Origin: the human T2T-CHM13v2.0 reference genome, Homo sapiens
DNA: 64,000 bases
Direction: 5' to 3' (one strand)
NCBI RefSeq assembly: GCF_009914755.1
Contig: NC_060938.1
The translations under genes and the position numbers were made by a program. Positions 14,415-26,991 of the stretch are shown in pieces. Under the pieces are notes generated by a model. The model saw only the letters and a program-made list of their open reading frames with translations, ran no database searches and was not told the DNA's origin. Every line of letters begins with the position of its first letter. Position 1 is the stretch's first letter.

Positions 14415-15720
14415 AGTTCATTCATTCAACAGAGTTTTTAATGAATGTACAATTTTAAGCTCTAGGCATTTAAGGATGAATAAAAAGACAAGGTTTCCAC
14501 CTTGAGGAAGACTCAGTAAATAACAAGTATCAAAAGTAATTATTGTGCCTATGGTAACAATGATTGGTACATAGTAGGTGCTCAGTAAATGCTTATTGCA
14601 CAAATGAATGAGTGAGCAAAGTGGTAAAAAGGTAATAACAAGTGAGGATAGCTGCTTAAGTAGATAGATTGACCAGGAAAGGTCCTTCTGAGGAAGTGAC
14701 ACCTAAGCTAGGCAAAGAGCATTTTTCACAAAAGGACCAGTGCAGGCTGAGGACCTGAGGCAGGAAAGAACTTGGCTCATTGGAAGGCATCAAAGATGGC
14801 CAGTGGAGCTAAAGTGAGTATGCTGGGGAGACAGAGGTTCCAGATGAAATTGAAGAGAAATAACTAATCATGTAGGTCCTTATAGACCATAGCAAGAAAC
14901 TTGGCTCCTACTCTAATGTTGGGGGACAGTTCTCCACTTGTCTCTTGTGTTTGTACATTGACTGTCTTTCTTCTGGATGATCTTTTCAAGGATGATTTGT
15001 ATAGTGAATGGCCTTGGAAGAGAAAGAGAATGCCCCTTCTGGGGTAAAGGCCAGGCAAGCTTACTGCCCATTACAAAATATTTCAGTTCACTAAGCTCGG
15101 AGTTACTCTACTGTGACACAACCTGCTGTTGTGCTGAGGTCATCTTGTTCTCTTTGTGTCACCTGGTGGGAATTGAGGCTTAAGGGACTAGCACCAAAAA
15201 ATACTGATACTTTGGCTACTGCTACTGCTGTAATGATGTCTTTTATCTCTGACCCTGGCATCTCATGTCTTCCACAGGCATCTATATAGCTGTGTGGCAG
15301 GCTAACTTGTTATCTCACATGTAGGGCAGAATTTTTACATTCTTCACATTTCTTGATATCTGAGGCCATGGGAACACGTTAGAGGCTTTTAAGCAGGGGA
15401 ATAGTAAGATGTAGTTTACTAACCTTTTAACAAGTCAGTCTGACTACTCTGTGGAAAATGATCATGGGCAGAAAGAAGATTAATGAGGAATCTGGGGTAG
15501 CGTCTCGTCGAGAGATAACAATGGCTTCAACCAATGTGAAGACAGTGGAGATGGAGAGAAGTAAAGGAGTTAAGATGGTCTTTGGGAGGTAGAATTTATA
15601 GATCTTCACAGAATGGATGTGGGGTGTGAAAGAAGAATGTAAATGAATTGTAGGTTTTTGGCTTGAGCAACTGGGAAGATGAACTTCTGCTGAGATGGAG
15701 AAGCCTCAAAAATGAAGATA
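14415..15720 (-). mobile_element. L2 (3' end and internal) interrupted by LTR40
   Basis: Begins 'ttcattcattcaac'; L2 motifs 'tctgaggaagtgacacctaagct', 'atcatgtaggtccttatagaccatagcaag' and 'tttttggcttgagcaactgggaagatg'. Confidence 0.75.
14917..15358 (+). mobile_element. Solo LTR, LTR40 family (ERVL)
   Basis: Starts TGTTGGGGGACAGTTCTCCA, contains 'tcttttcaaggatg...gccttggaaga' and 'gcttactgcccatta', ends TTCTTGATA; 5-bp TSD tctaa/tctga. Confidence 0.85.
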
Positions 15721-16433
15721 ACTAACCTATAAAAATTTCTGATATGCTGTATATATTGCAAGGTTATAATGATTATATGGGTGCCACTGACATCTTGTCA
15801 TCACTTCTTTGCCTTTTTTTTCAGCCATTTCATTTGCTTGTCTCTGTCTTTGCAGAAATTTTATGTTTAGAATTACAGGGACAGGAAGAATAAGAATAAT
15901 TTTTATGACTTGGGGTCAAAGAACCATTGGGATGTGCTTTTCTGGGAAGAACACCTTTCTCGTGTCTTCATGGTTATCAAATCAATATTTAAGATAAGAA
16001 ATACAATTCTTGTGGTCCCTTGATAAGAGGGTTGCCTCAATAACAGTAAATTAGATTACCTTGGGGGGATTTATTTTTTAATAAGCCATATTGATTTTTA
16101 CCCAAAATTCATTATCTAGGAGTTTACAAAGAAATTCTTCAGTATGTTTCAGGATTTTCCCATTTTTGAAGTTGAAGTAATATATTTTTTCTTTTCTAGA
16201 TTTTAAGTTTGTTTTAAAGCTGGGCTATTCTCCTTTAATTTTCAAGGATAATTGTTAGTTGTGTTGTGACCACTTAGGCTTAGTGCAGTAGGATGAACGA
16301 AACAAGTGCCTGTGGATGAATTTATTCAGCATTCTTCATTGAGATATTCTTTGGGATAACTTCTTATCTTTATAATGCCAGATGCTGATTTCATTAGCAC
16401 CTGATCACTTTTCATAAAGAAAGTAACTAAAGT

Positions 16434-16650
16434 AGCTGGGCGCGGTGGCTCACACCTGTAATCCCAACACTTTGGGAAGCCCAGGCAGCCAGATCACCTG
16501 AGGTCAGGAGTTCAAGACCAGCCTGGCCAAAATGGAGAAACCCTGCCTCTACTAAAAATAAAAAAAATTGGCTGGGTGTGGTGGCGCATGCCTGTAATCC
16601 CAGCTACTCGGGTGGCTGAGGCAGTAGAATTGCTCAAATCTGGGAGGTGG
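16434..16650 (+). mobile_element. AluS, 3'-truncated (no tail) but TSD-flanked
   Basis: Stops at gggaggtgg; AAGAAAGTAACTAAA at 16417-16431 and 16651-16665. Confidence 0.9.
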
Positions 16651-16859
16651 AAGAAAGTAACTAAAAAGCTTTTAATAAAAAATACTCCTCACCTTGTACG
16701 ATTGTGTGTTAAATGCTTTCCATTTTTATCTAGTGAGATTTATTTTTGATTTTGCTTCTCACCTGCTTATTGTATTTAGAGGATGAATTTACATGCCTTT
16801 GCTTTGATATACTGTAGACAGTTTTAGGCTGCAACACGAAGTTTGCATGAATTTTGAAT

Positions 16860-17006
16860 TTTCTTTTCTTTTCTTTCTTTCTCTTTCCCTTCCTTCCTTC
16901 CTTCCTTCCTTCCCCTCCCTTTCTTCTCTCCCTCCCTCCCTTCCCTCCATTCCCTTCCCTCCCCTTCCTTCCTTCCCTCCCTCCCTTCCCTCCTTTCCCT
17001 CCCTCC
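16860..17006. repeat. CT-rich polypyrimidine tract ((TTCC)n/(CCCT)n)
   Basis: About 150 nt almost free of purines on the + strand; occupies the tail position of the adjacent Alu. Confidence 0.9.
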
Positions 17007-17199
17007 CAGGGTCTCACTTTGTTGCCCAGTTGGGAGTGTAGCGGCATGATCAGGGCTGACTGAAGCCTGGAACACCTGGGCCCCAATGATCCTCCCATCT
17101 CAGCCTCCCAAGTAGCTGGGACTACAGGCGTGTGCCACCACACCTGCCTAATTTATGTTTTTTGTAGAGACAAGGTTTCGCCATGTTGTCCAGGCTGGT
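17007..17199 (-). mobile_element. AluJ, 5'-truncated
   Basis: Right arm plus partial left arm ending caggctggt. Confidence 0.85.
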
Positions 17200-18284
17200 G
17201 AATTATTTTTATACCATTTTGTATGTCCTTTTATTTCTTTTATACTGTAGCATTTTCTTTGGTGTATGGCCTTGTTTCTAGACTTTTTCTTTTTAGAAAG
17301 GACAGGTTGACAGCAGGGGGAGATGGAGCTTAGCAGGATTTTTTGTTTTGTTTTGTTTTTTTGTAGGCGAAGCTAGGCTTAAAATTATCTTGGATTCAGT
17401 TATATTCCACCAGTGATGGAAAGTCAACAATGGAAAGACTTGATTTCCTTTTAAATATAGTCTTAGAAAAGATGAACTAAGGTTACAAAATCATCAGTGC
17501 TGATCATGAGATTTTTCCAGGTGATGTGAGTTGTTATTAATGACTTTGATGGGTTCTGGAGATACCTCTACCAGAAATGCAGTTAGAATACAGTTATTTC
17601 TGATGTTTTGAGAAGACAATAATATTTTTTTTGCTTCTGTTATCTTTTTATGTAGTTCCATCTTTTTAGTTTTTAGAAATCAGTTTTAAAACATCCTCAG
17701 ATAGTAGAGTGGTATTTAAGCTTCCCAAGTGTCTGGTCTTTGCTACAGAGAAGCATTGTTCTGCTTTCGTATTCCTTTATATGAATTCTTCAAAGAGACT
17801 CAAATTTTGTCACTAATTTCATGTTTCATGCTGTGGGCTAAGCAGTTTATAGTTTTACCATATTTAGGCTAGGTTTAGAATTTTACGAATGGTTTGCTGG
17901 TCTTCTGTCTCCTGTCCCCCAGTTTCAGAATAAAAGAAAACAAAAACAACGAGTAATAAGATTTTCCCAGGGCCTTTACTTAGTAACTGAATTGGGCCTG
18001 ACTTGGTAGCCTGTGGAATGTGATGGGGACTCTCGCTCGAGGATTGTTCACATAGCTCTTGCAGTGCCAAGCAGAGCCCAGGTTTGTGCCTCCACCCCCT
18101 TTCCCCTTTCCTTGCTTTCAGGAAGATTTTTTTCCCCCCTGGTTTTGGAACTACACTTGCCTTTACTCAAAACTCTCTGGGAAATGGTTTAGAAGTACAG
18201 TAGGAATCTCTTCCTTAGAAGCCACCAGTTGGTTCAGAATCACAGCTGCAATTCTCCTGCCTGTCTTTTCTCTGTGTTGAGGAA

Positions 18285-18485
18285 GGGAGTGAGCAGGAAG
18301 AGACTGGAGTCAGACAGCTGTGGGCTTGCATCTGAGCACTTGCTTATTAGTTGTGTGACCACAGGCAGTGGGCTTAACCTTTTTAGCCCTCAAATCTCTG
18401 ATGTAAAATCGGGATCCTCCTAAAGACCTCCTCATGGTTTGGTGAGGCTCAGATCTTGTATGTCGAGGAACTCGTGCTTAGCATT
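18285..18485 (+). mobile_element. MIR
   Basis: 'ctggagtcagacag...tattagttgtgtgacc...cttaacct'. Confidence 0.7.
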
Positions 18486-18689
18486 TGCAGGTTTTACTTT
18501 GAAGCTACTGTGTGTTCCCCCGTGATCCCCTCCTTCTCTTTCCCTCTGGAAATAACACTGTCCTGAACTTCAGGTTCAACATTCTGTTGCTTTTTAAAGT
18601 GAGTATATCTGTAAGTAATATATTCTTAGTTTTGCCCATTTGGGCTCTGTAAAAATGGTGTCTTCTTACATGTAGTCTATAAATAAGGG

Positions 18690-18880
18690 TGCCTCATCGG
18701 AACCAGGTGAGTGTAGAACTCTTGGCTCTCCACCTGGCCTTTGATGATGGGATGTGGGTGTGGGGTTGAAGATTTTTTTTCCGTGGTGTGGCTAGAGTAG
18801 AGTGGTTTTTGTCTAAAACTTTTTGTTTTGCCAGGCCACCCCCTTATGGGTCCTTTGGTTAGAGAGACTGGCTCTTTCTG
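18690..18880 (-). mobile_element. L1MC/L1MD 3' UTR fragment
   Basis: 'ggctagagtagagtggtttttgtctaaaactttttg...ggtcctttggttagagag'. Confidence 0.6.
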
Positions 18881-19089
18881 ATACAGGATCACAGGTAGGG
18901 AAGGCATTATATGACATGTGGTGTGAGGGATAAATCCAATAAATAAACATTGAAGTTAATGGGAGCCAGATTTACTACTCTTACAGGGAAGGGAAAGGTG
19001 AAAACTAGGTTTCACCTTTAGTAAAAGGACTGGGTCCTTTTGGAGAAAGGACCTTTTAGTAAAAGGATTGGGCTAATCAGAGAAAGTCA

Positions 19090-19330
19090 AATCTGGTCTG
19101 TAAAGTAGATGACTATATAACATCAGTGTTAATTTCTGGTTTTTGATGGTCATCATTGTAGTTTTGTAGGAGAATGCCCTTGTTTATAGAAATTACTCAC
19201 TAAACTCTGGGAGTGATAGGCCATCACATTGGCTACTTAGTCTCAAATAGTTCAGGGAAAAAAGTGTTATCTGTAGTGTTCTTGCAACATTTTTGTAGGT
19301 TGGTCTGAAGTTATAAAGTAAAACAAAACA
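19090..19330 (+). mobile_element. L1MC-type 3' fragment
   Basis: 'catcagtgttaatttctgg...gtaggagaatgcccttg...ctcaaatagttcagggaa'. Confidence 0.6.
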
Positions 19331-19951
19331 AAACTTTTCATAATTGACTTAGTAACAGAATTGTTAGCTTATCAAAGTCATTTATAAGGTTTACGGGGCT
19401 TGCTTTTTGGGCTGCCTTGTCTTGAAACTACCCGACCATGGTGGCCTTCCTGTGATTATACATCTTGATTTGTCTTTCGGTATGCTGTTTTTTAATATTT
19501 ATAATCATCACATTAATACATTCTTGGCTCATTATTTATTTCCTTCATCTGTTTTGCCTTTGTGCCAAACTGCTTCTTTGAATGGAAAGTGTAGTTTACA
19601 AAAATATGGCAGCTCATTGTATTCAATGACAATACTGTATTTAATTTTAACTTACTTTGTGTATGCTATTCTTTTCTTCTCAATCCGCTGGTGAGCCATT
19701 AAAGCAATTTCTTATTTCATCACACTATGTCTACCTTAGTACTAAGCATATTTCAGTAGGCTTTTAGTTTACTTTTCAAAGTGCTGGGCTGTTGATTGCA
19801 TGTCTTAGAATTTCAAATTTTCAGGAAGTATAAGCAGGGTGAGGGGCATTTGGTAGAGTGGTGGATGTGATGCTCTAGCTAATTCATAATCTAGTCAGCT
19901 CACATACATATTTGTGAATGGTTGGCCCCTAAACGTTTAGGGTTAAACATA

Positions 19952-20194
19952 TGGGTTGAGTTTTCCTTATCCAAAATGCTTGGGACCGGAAGTGTTTAGG
20001 ATTTTTTATTTTTTTGGATTTTGAAATATTTGTAGTATACTTACCAGTTCAGCATCCCTGATCGGAAAACCTGAAATCTGAAGTGCTCCAATGAGCATTT
20101 CCTTTGAGCACTAAAAGTCACGTTGGCATTAAAAACGTTTCAGATTTTGGAGTATTTCCGATTTCATGTTTTCAGATTAAGAATACTCAGCCTT
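19952..20194. mobile_element. Tigger4a (Zombi) non-autonomous DNA transposon
   Basis: 'ttatccaaaatgcttgggaccggaagtgttt', 'gctccaatgagcatttcctttgagc', TIR-like ends ggttgag/ctcagcc. Confidence 0.88.
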
Positions 20195-21676
20195 GGATGA
20201 AGATGGTTCTAGTTCACAAAATTGTGTGAGTCAGGGTGGGGGGTAAGGTTAGCTATAGGGAGAAGGTTCATTGTCAGAATAGTGTTCTTTCTGTGAGAAC
20301 ATTACATGCAAATTGTCTCTTTGGCAGAATCTCCCCTTTTCCTTTGGTACAGAAAACCATAGGTTAAATACATAGAATTCCTTCCCCCCTCCCTCCATAC
20401 CTGTCTTTCTTTGAGGCGACTTAGATCCATCATAGGGCTTGTTTTCCTTAAATAGGCTGGAGGTCAAACTTCTCTTTAGCAGTTATACTAATTTTCATAT
20501 TTCTCAGAATGATCAGGGAAAAGAACTTTTGAAAACTCAGGGTGGTAGTTACATTGCACTTTGTATATGCCCACACATCAGACTTTTCTTTAGCATTTTG
20601 TTTTTTTTTTCTTGCTGCTTTTACAGTGTAGGTGGCCTTCTCCTGATTGCTTTTGACAGGAAATTGAGCAACCTTTCTTTTTTGGAACTGAATATATTTT
20701 GCTGCTAAGAGAGGGAAAAAATGTTTATGTTTTGAAACTTTATTATGAGTTTTTTATTTAAAGACTTACTTAAATCTAGAAAAAGGGGGTAGAGGTTAAA
20801 TTTCATATCGTGCACTACAACTTCTGAACCTTCCTAGTAATTTCTGGGCTTTCCTTTCTTTGTAGCATTGCTTTGTTCTCTTAGCCATTGATAGATATTG
20901 AGAAGTTGTCCTTGAACCTGTCATTATTTTTCTAGCTCTTAACTGGGGCTGCCTTCCCCAGTTGTCTTCTCTCTGTAGTGGAGGTGTGGTAGTCTCTACA
21001 CTGATTTCACGGGCACCTTGAATCTAGAACTTATGTTAGCCTCTTCTACTCCGTTTCAGCTTTGGATAAGCATAGCATTCAGCAAAGCTTCCCAAGGAGT
21101 TGGCTGGGCCAGAGGTTGCAATGAGTGGGAGCTCCCGACTGGAGTCCTGCCTCTGGCACAGGTTCTACCTGGACTGCCAAACCTTCTGGTGCTTTGGGGT
21201 ACGAGCACCGGTCTTTGCCCCACTACCCACAGCCCCTGGCCCGCTTGCTGCTTCGAGTTACTGTAGTTCAGCCTGATTTGGGTAGTTCCTGTGTACACTG
21301 AGGATTCAGAAGACAAAGTCAGACTTTAATTAGAATAAGCCCATTTGCCACATATGGAAATCTTGTTCAGTTAGAATGGAGTAATTCTGATGGAATCTTT
21401 CTAAGTGTGTTCATAAATCCTGTCCTTTTGCTTGAGTTTAAAATTTGCATGTTTATTCATGTTCCTAAGTGGATTACTACTGCAGATCAGCTGCCAGCCA
21501 TGTCTTATTTATATAATTAGTTGTAGCTCATTAGTTAAAGATTAACAAAACGAAGTACATATTTTGAGTGTTATAGATTTCTTCACCTATTCTATGGGTG
21601 CAAGCTGCAGGCCAGTTGTGTAAAAACAGCAAGTTTTGTTATCTTAGATATCTGACTCTCAGAATATCTTTTAGAG

Positions 21677-21890
21677 CAAGCTTGTCCATCCTGCAGCCCA
21701 CGAGCCACATGTGGCACAGGATGGCTTTGAATGCAGCCCAACACAAACTTGTAAACTTCCTTAAAACATTATGAGACTTTATTGCAATTTTTTTAAAGCT
21801 CATCAGCTATCGTTAGTGTATTTTATGTGTGGCTTAAGACAATTCTTCTTCCACTGTGGCCCAGGGAAGCCAAAAGATTGGACATTCCTT
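21677..21890 (-). mobile_element. MER30 (hAT-Charlie)
   Basis: 'ggatggctttgaatgcagcccaacacaaa', 'ggcccagggaagccaaaagattggaca'; 8-bp TSD ttttagag/ctttagag. Confidence 0.9.
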
Positions 21891-22495
21891 CTTTAGAGGT
21901 TTATTTTACCCACGGTTTTCTTCTGATATTTGTACGATTTGGTTATGGTAGTGTAGGAAAGGCCTGTTGCGGGGTCTTACCGAGCTCTGTTCTACCGTAT
22001 TACATGAGATCATAGTGTGAGGGCATGATAGGCCCTTGGTAAGTCTTGTTTGAAGTGCTTTTTTATTTAGCTGAATAAAAGGTGGGAGGCCTAATGTCCG
22101 GGGTGATAGGCTGGGAAGAGGAACTTCCCCTTTTGTCTTCAGTAGGAATTGGGAATATCTGTGAGTGAAACTACTAAGTTCTGATGATTTTTATTCTTCT
22201 TAGCTTCCATTTTATGTGATTGGGAACAGAGTTTGGCAATTACATAGTTTGAAATAGTGTTTAAAATTATTTATTGGAAGCTCTTATGGACGTGTCTGAC
22301 TTATTTAATACATTTTAGAAATTGGTACATGTGCTGTAGATGATTACTATTGGGCATGTGTGTGGGTATTCTTTTAACCAATAAGCTTAGCATTCATAGG
22401 AAATACAACCATGGTGGGAGCTTAGTAGGTGATCTGAAATGAGCAGTGTGAGAATTGTGGAATTTCCAAATATGCAGTGTTTGGTTTCTTCGGAA

Positions 22496-22720
22496 CAGGG
22501 TTTCTAAACCTCACCAGTATTTTCGCTTTAGGCAGGATAATTCTTTGTTGGAGGGGACTGTCCTGTGCATTGTAAGATGTTTAGTGGCTTCCCTGGTTTT
22601 TGTGTATTACATGCCAATAGTGTGCCCACCCCCCACTTCACTTGTGATGACCAAAAATGTTACCAGATGTTGCAAGATGTCACCTGTGGGTACAAAATTG
22701 CTCCCTGTAGAGAACTAGTA
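22496..22720 (-). mobile_element. MER20 (hAT-Charlie)
   Basis: 'ggataattctttgttgg...ctgtcctgtgcattgtaagatgtttag', 'accaaaaatgt'; TSD cttcggaa/ttttggaa. Confidence 0.88.
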
Positions 22721-22884
22721 TTTTGGAATAGTGATTCCCATAGGCATGTGATGGACCAACTCATCAAAATCACTTTGTTGTTGTTGTTGTTTTTTCTTCT
22801 ATACATACAGCTTCCAGGGTGAGATCTTTGAGTAGCAGTCTGTGGACAGACTGAATGAATAGCCAAGCAAGAATTTGTTGTTTA

Positions 22885-23268
<384 letters not shown>

Positions 23269-23474
23269 TTAAAGAAGGTTTTAGAGACAAAGTATAAAAT
23301 TTCATAATTGTGATTTGATTAGTAGTGGTGATTTTTTTCCCCTTTTACTTACTATGAGTTATAGTTGTGTGTTTTTCAAAATTTGGAAATAACTACTAAT
23401 AAAGTTCATAATTATTTTAATCTAGGTTTTGAGAGATTACCTGAAGTTGCACTCAAAAGCAAGATATACTACTA

Positions 23475-24008
<534 letters not shown>

Positions 24009-25127
24009 TCATTGATTTCTGAATTCATTGTTGTCATCTTTGCAGATGAAATAGTTTGGATAATTTTCTGGCTACTTAAGAAGGTTTTCTGTTACATGTT
24101 TATGTTTTCCCTCCATAGTGAATGCATTTAAAATCTTCTCTATGTTTCTTGAAATTAGGTGAGAGCTTATACTTCAACCCATGTTCTAAGAATCTTGTTA
24201 ACTCTAATGCATTGGTGTATAGTTTGGGGTGCCAGGCTTTTCCTGAATAATTGAGAAATGATCAGATGATCTACCCTTTGACTGACGTATACTGGTATAT
24301 GCATTACTATTGCTCTTCGAGTGACTGTACTGGCTTACTCATTTCTTAAACATTTTAAACAATTACAAAAGGATATTCTTTTATTGAGAAAAACAACAGC
24401 TTAATGCAGATTAAGGGAGACGTATTTTATACAGGCCAAAAATACTGTCATATGTTAAATTCTGGGGTTGTATAGGTTTCATTATACTTAACCTTGATCT
24501 CAGCCAGATGCTGAAACAAAGACCTTGGAGTTTTTCTCATTTGTTGCTTTGTCAGAAGAAAATTTCCTAAGGAGTCAGCTCTTCTGGAGTGACTGCATCC
24601 TATAACGGATGGTCAAGTTATCTGACCATCTCCCCTCCATAAACCTTTGTGCAGAGCTTAGGGGATGGGTAATTGGAGCACTGCTTTTAAAGTGGCTTGC
24701 TATTTGTGACCTTCCTTGAATTTCAGTAAGGGAAATTTGGGAATCATTATCTCTGAAAATGTTTTTAAAGTACATTAGGGCACTTTTCTGGGTTACATTT
24801 ATTTGACCGTTCCCAGCATCATTCTTCTTTAATAGAGGTGGAATCTAAGATTTTTAGATATCTGTAATTTTTAGCCATTTGAAAAATCCAGGCTTATAAT
24901 AGCAACACAACTGAAAAACTGTCTTTGAAAACATAACATCTTTGGAACTGCCAAGAATTGCTTAATGGTGAAGCAAGCAGCCTGCAGGAATGCTCTGTGA
25001 ATGTAGCTCTGCTCTGGTACTTCGAGAGGGAAGAAAAGTCAGTACATATTATTGAGTGCCCTGTGATTTTTACCTCAATCTTGGAAGCTGTTTTTCTAGA
25101 TATACTTTTTTTTTCCCTCCAGAATAG

Positions 25128-25473
<346 letters not shown>

Positions 25474-25617
25474 ATGTATTAATGGTATTTTAATAATAAC
25501 TCTTGGTTGATAAACTTAAACATGACAGTTTTGAGCAGGCACCTTAAGTTCTGTATACTACCGTGAGGCCAGGCACTTGTTTAGCTTCTGTGTCATACAG
25601 CTACCCCTTGTATTTTG

Positions 25618-25876
25618 TTCTTTTTTTTTTTAGTATAATAAATCTATAGTTTTATTAACACAGAAACTGATAGTGTGGTATGAGGTTTACGTTTAAACAA
25701 AGTTTTCACAGAAATCTAACACATGCCTAAAAAGATTTTACAATCTAGCTCTAGATGCAAGTCCAGACAATATCAAGAACTGATGGATCTCATGACTCAA
25801 GACAGAGCATTTTGGGTTTCAGTTACTTGTTAGGATTTCTTAAAAATGGTTTTTGTTTTTTTTTTATGGGTTTTAA
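25618..25876 (-). pseudogene. 5'-truncated processed pseudogene fragment (mRNA 3' UTR end); parent not identified
   Basis: Minus strand: AATAAA (25651-25656) 19 nt before an A11 run (25621-25631); 16-bp TSD taccccttgtattttg (25602-25617)/tacaccttgtcttttg (25877-25892); body does not resemble any TE I recognise. Confidence 0.75.
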
Positions 25877-26194
25877 TACACCTTGTCTTTTGAATTGAGT
25901 TGCTTCGTTTGATAACTTGAACCTCTGGGCACTGAAATATCTTCTTTTAATAGAAGTGATATCTGGTAATGCTGGTACAGTATCTCTAATAGGTCAGGTG
26001 GGAGATTCTTCTGTTATACATCCATTCTTACTCAGGTCTCCTCAGGCAACACAGGAGGAGGCCATGACTCAACAGTTCTCCCAACCTGTTGGTGACATGA
26101 CTCTTCGCCTTCTAAGTGTATACTTCCTTCCTAAGTGCTATTTCTCTACTTAAGGGATATCTAAAACAATTTCTATACTCTAAAAGAAAGAAAA

Positions 26195-26198
<4 letters not shown>

Positions 26199-26237
<39 letters not shown>

Positions 26238-26250
26238 TGCACACACACAC
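26199..26250. repeat. (CA)n microsatellite, interrupted
   Basis: Direct reading. Confidence 0.95.
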
Positions 26251-26399
26251 AACCTTGTATATATATAGTTTTATGTGTACCTTATTAAATCCATCATTCT
26301 TTTTTAAATTATTTTTTGAGCAGCATTATTCTAGAATATAAATACTGAATTGAATAAGCATACTTTTTTCTTTTCCTTTAAACACACTTTTAAAATACA

Positions 26400-26532
26400 G
26401 TTTTTAAAATTAAATAGAAACATGGTCTCACTGTGTTGCCCAGGCTGGTCTGGAACTCCTGACCTCAAGTGATCCTTCTCCGTTGGCCTCCTGAAGTGCT
26501 TGGAATAAAGGCATGAACCACCGTGCCTGGCC
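26400..26532 (-). mobile_element. FLAM / Alu left monomer
   Basis: Single arm ending gtgcctggcc. Confidence 0.82.
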
Positions 26533-26950
26533 TGCATGTAACTTTCGACTCCTCCAGAACTTAACTACTAGTAGCCTACAGTTGACCAGAAGCCTTACCA
26601 ATAACATGAACAGTTGAATAACATGCATTTTGTATGTTATATGTATTATATACTGTGTTGTTACAATAACATAAGCTAGAGAGAAGAAAATGTTATTAAG
26701 AAAATCCTATTGGGAGGCCGAGGCGGGTGGATCACGAGGTCAGGAGATCGAGACCATCCTGGCTAACACGGTGAAACCCCGTCTCTACTAAAAATACAAA
26801 AAATTAGCCGGGCGAGGTGGCGGGTGCCTGTAGTCCCAGCTACTCGGGAGGCTGAGGCAGGAGAATGGCGTGAACCCCAGGGGGCGGAGCCTGCAGTGAG
26901 CCGAGATTGCGCCACTGCACTCCAGCCTGGGCGACAGCGAGACTCCGTCT

Positions 26951-26991
<41 letters not shown>

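Noticed and set aside
16730-17143. G/R/K/E-rich and P/S/F-rich ORFs
   Set aside because: Translations of the CT-rich simple repeat plus Alu.
19927-19942. Perfect 16-bp palindrome CCCTAAACGTTTAGGG resembling plant telomere units
   Set aside because: About one perfect 16-bp palindrome is expected by chance in 64 kb, and there is no tandem array.
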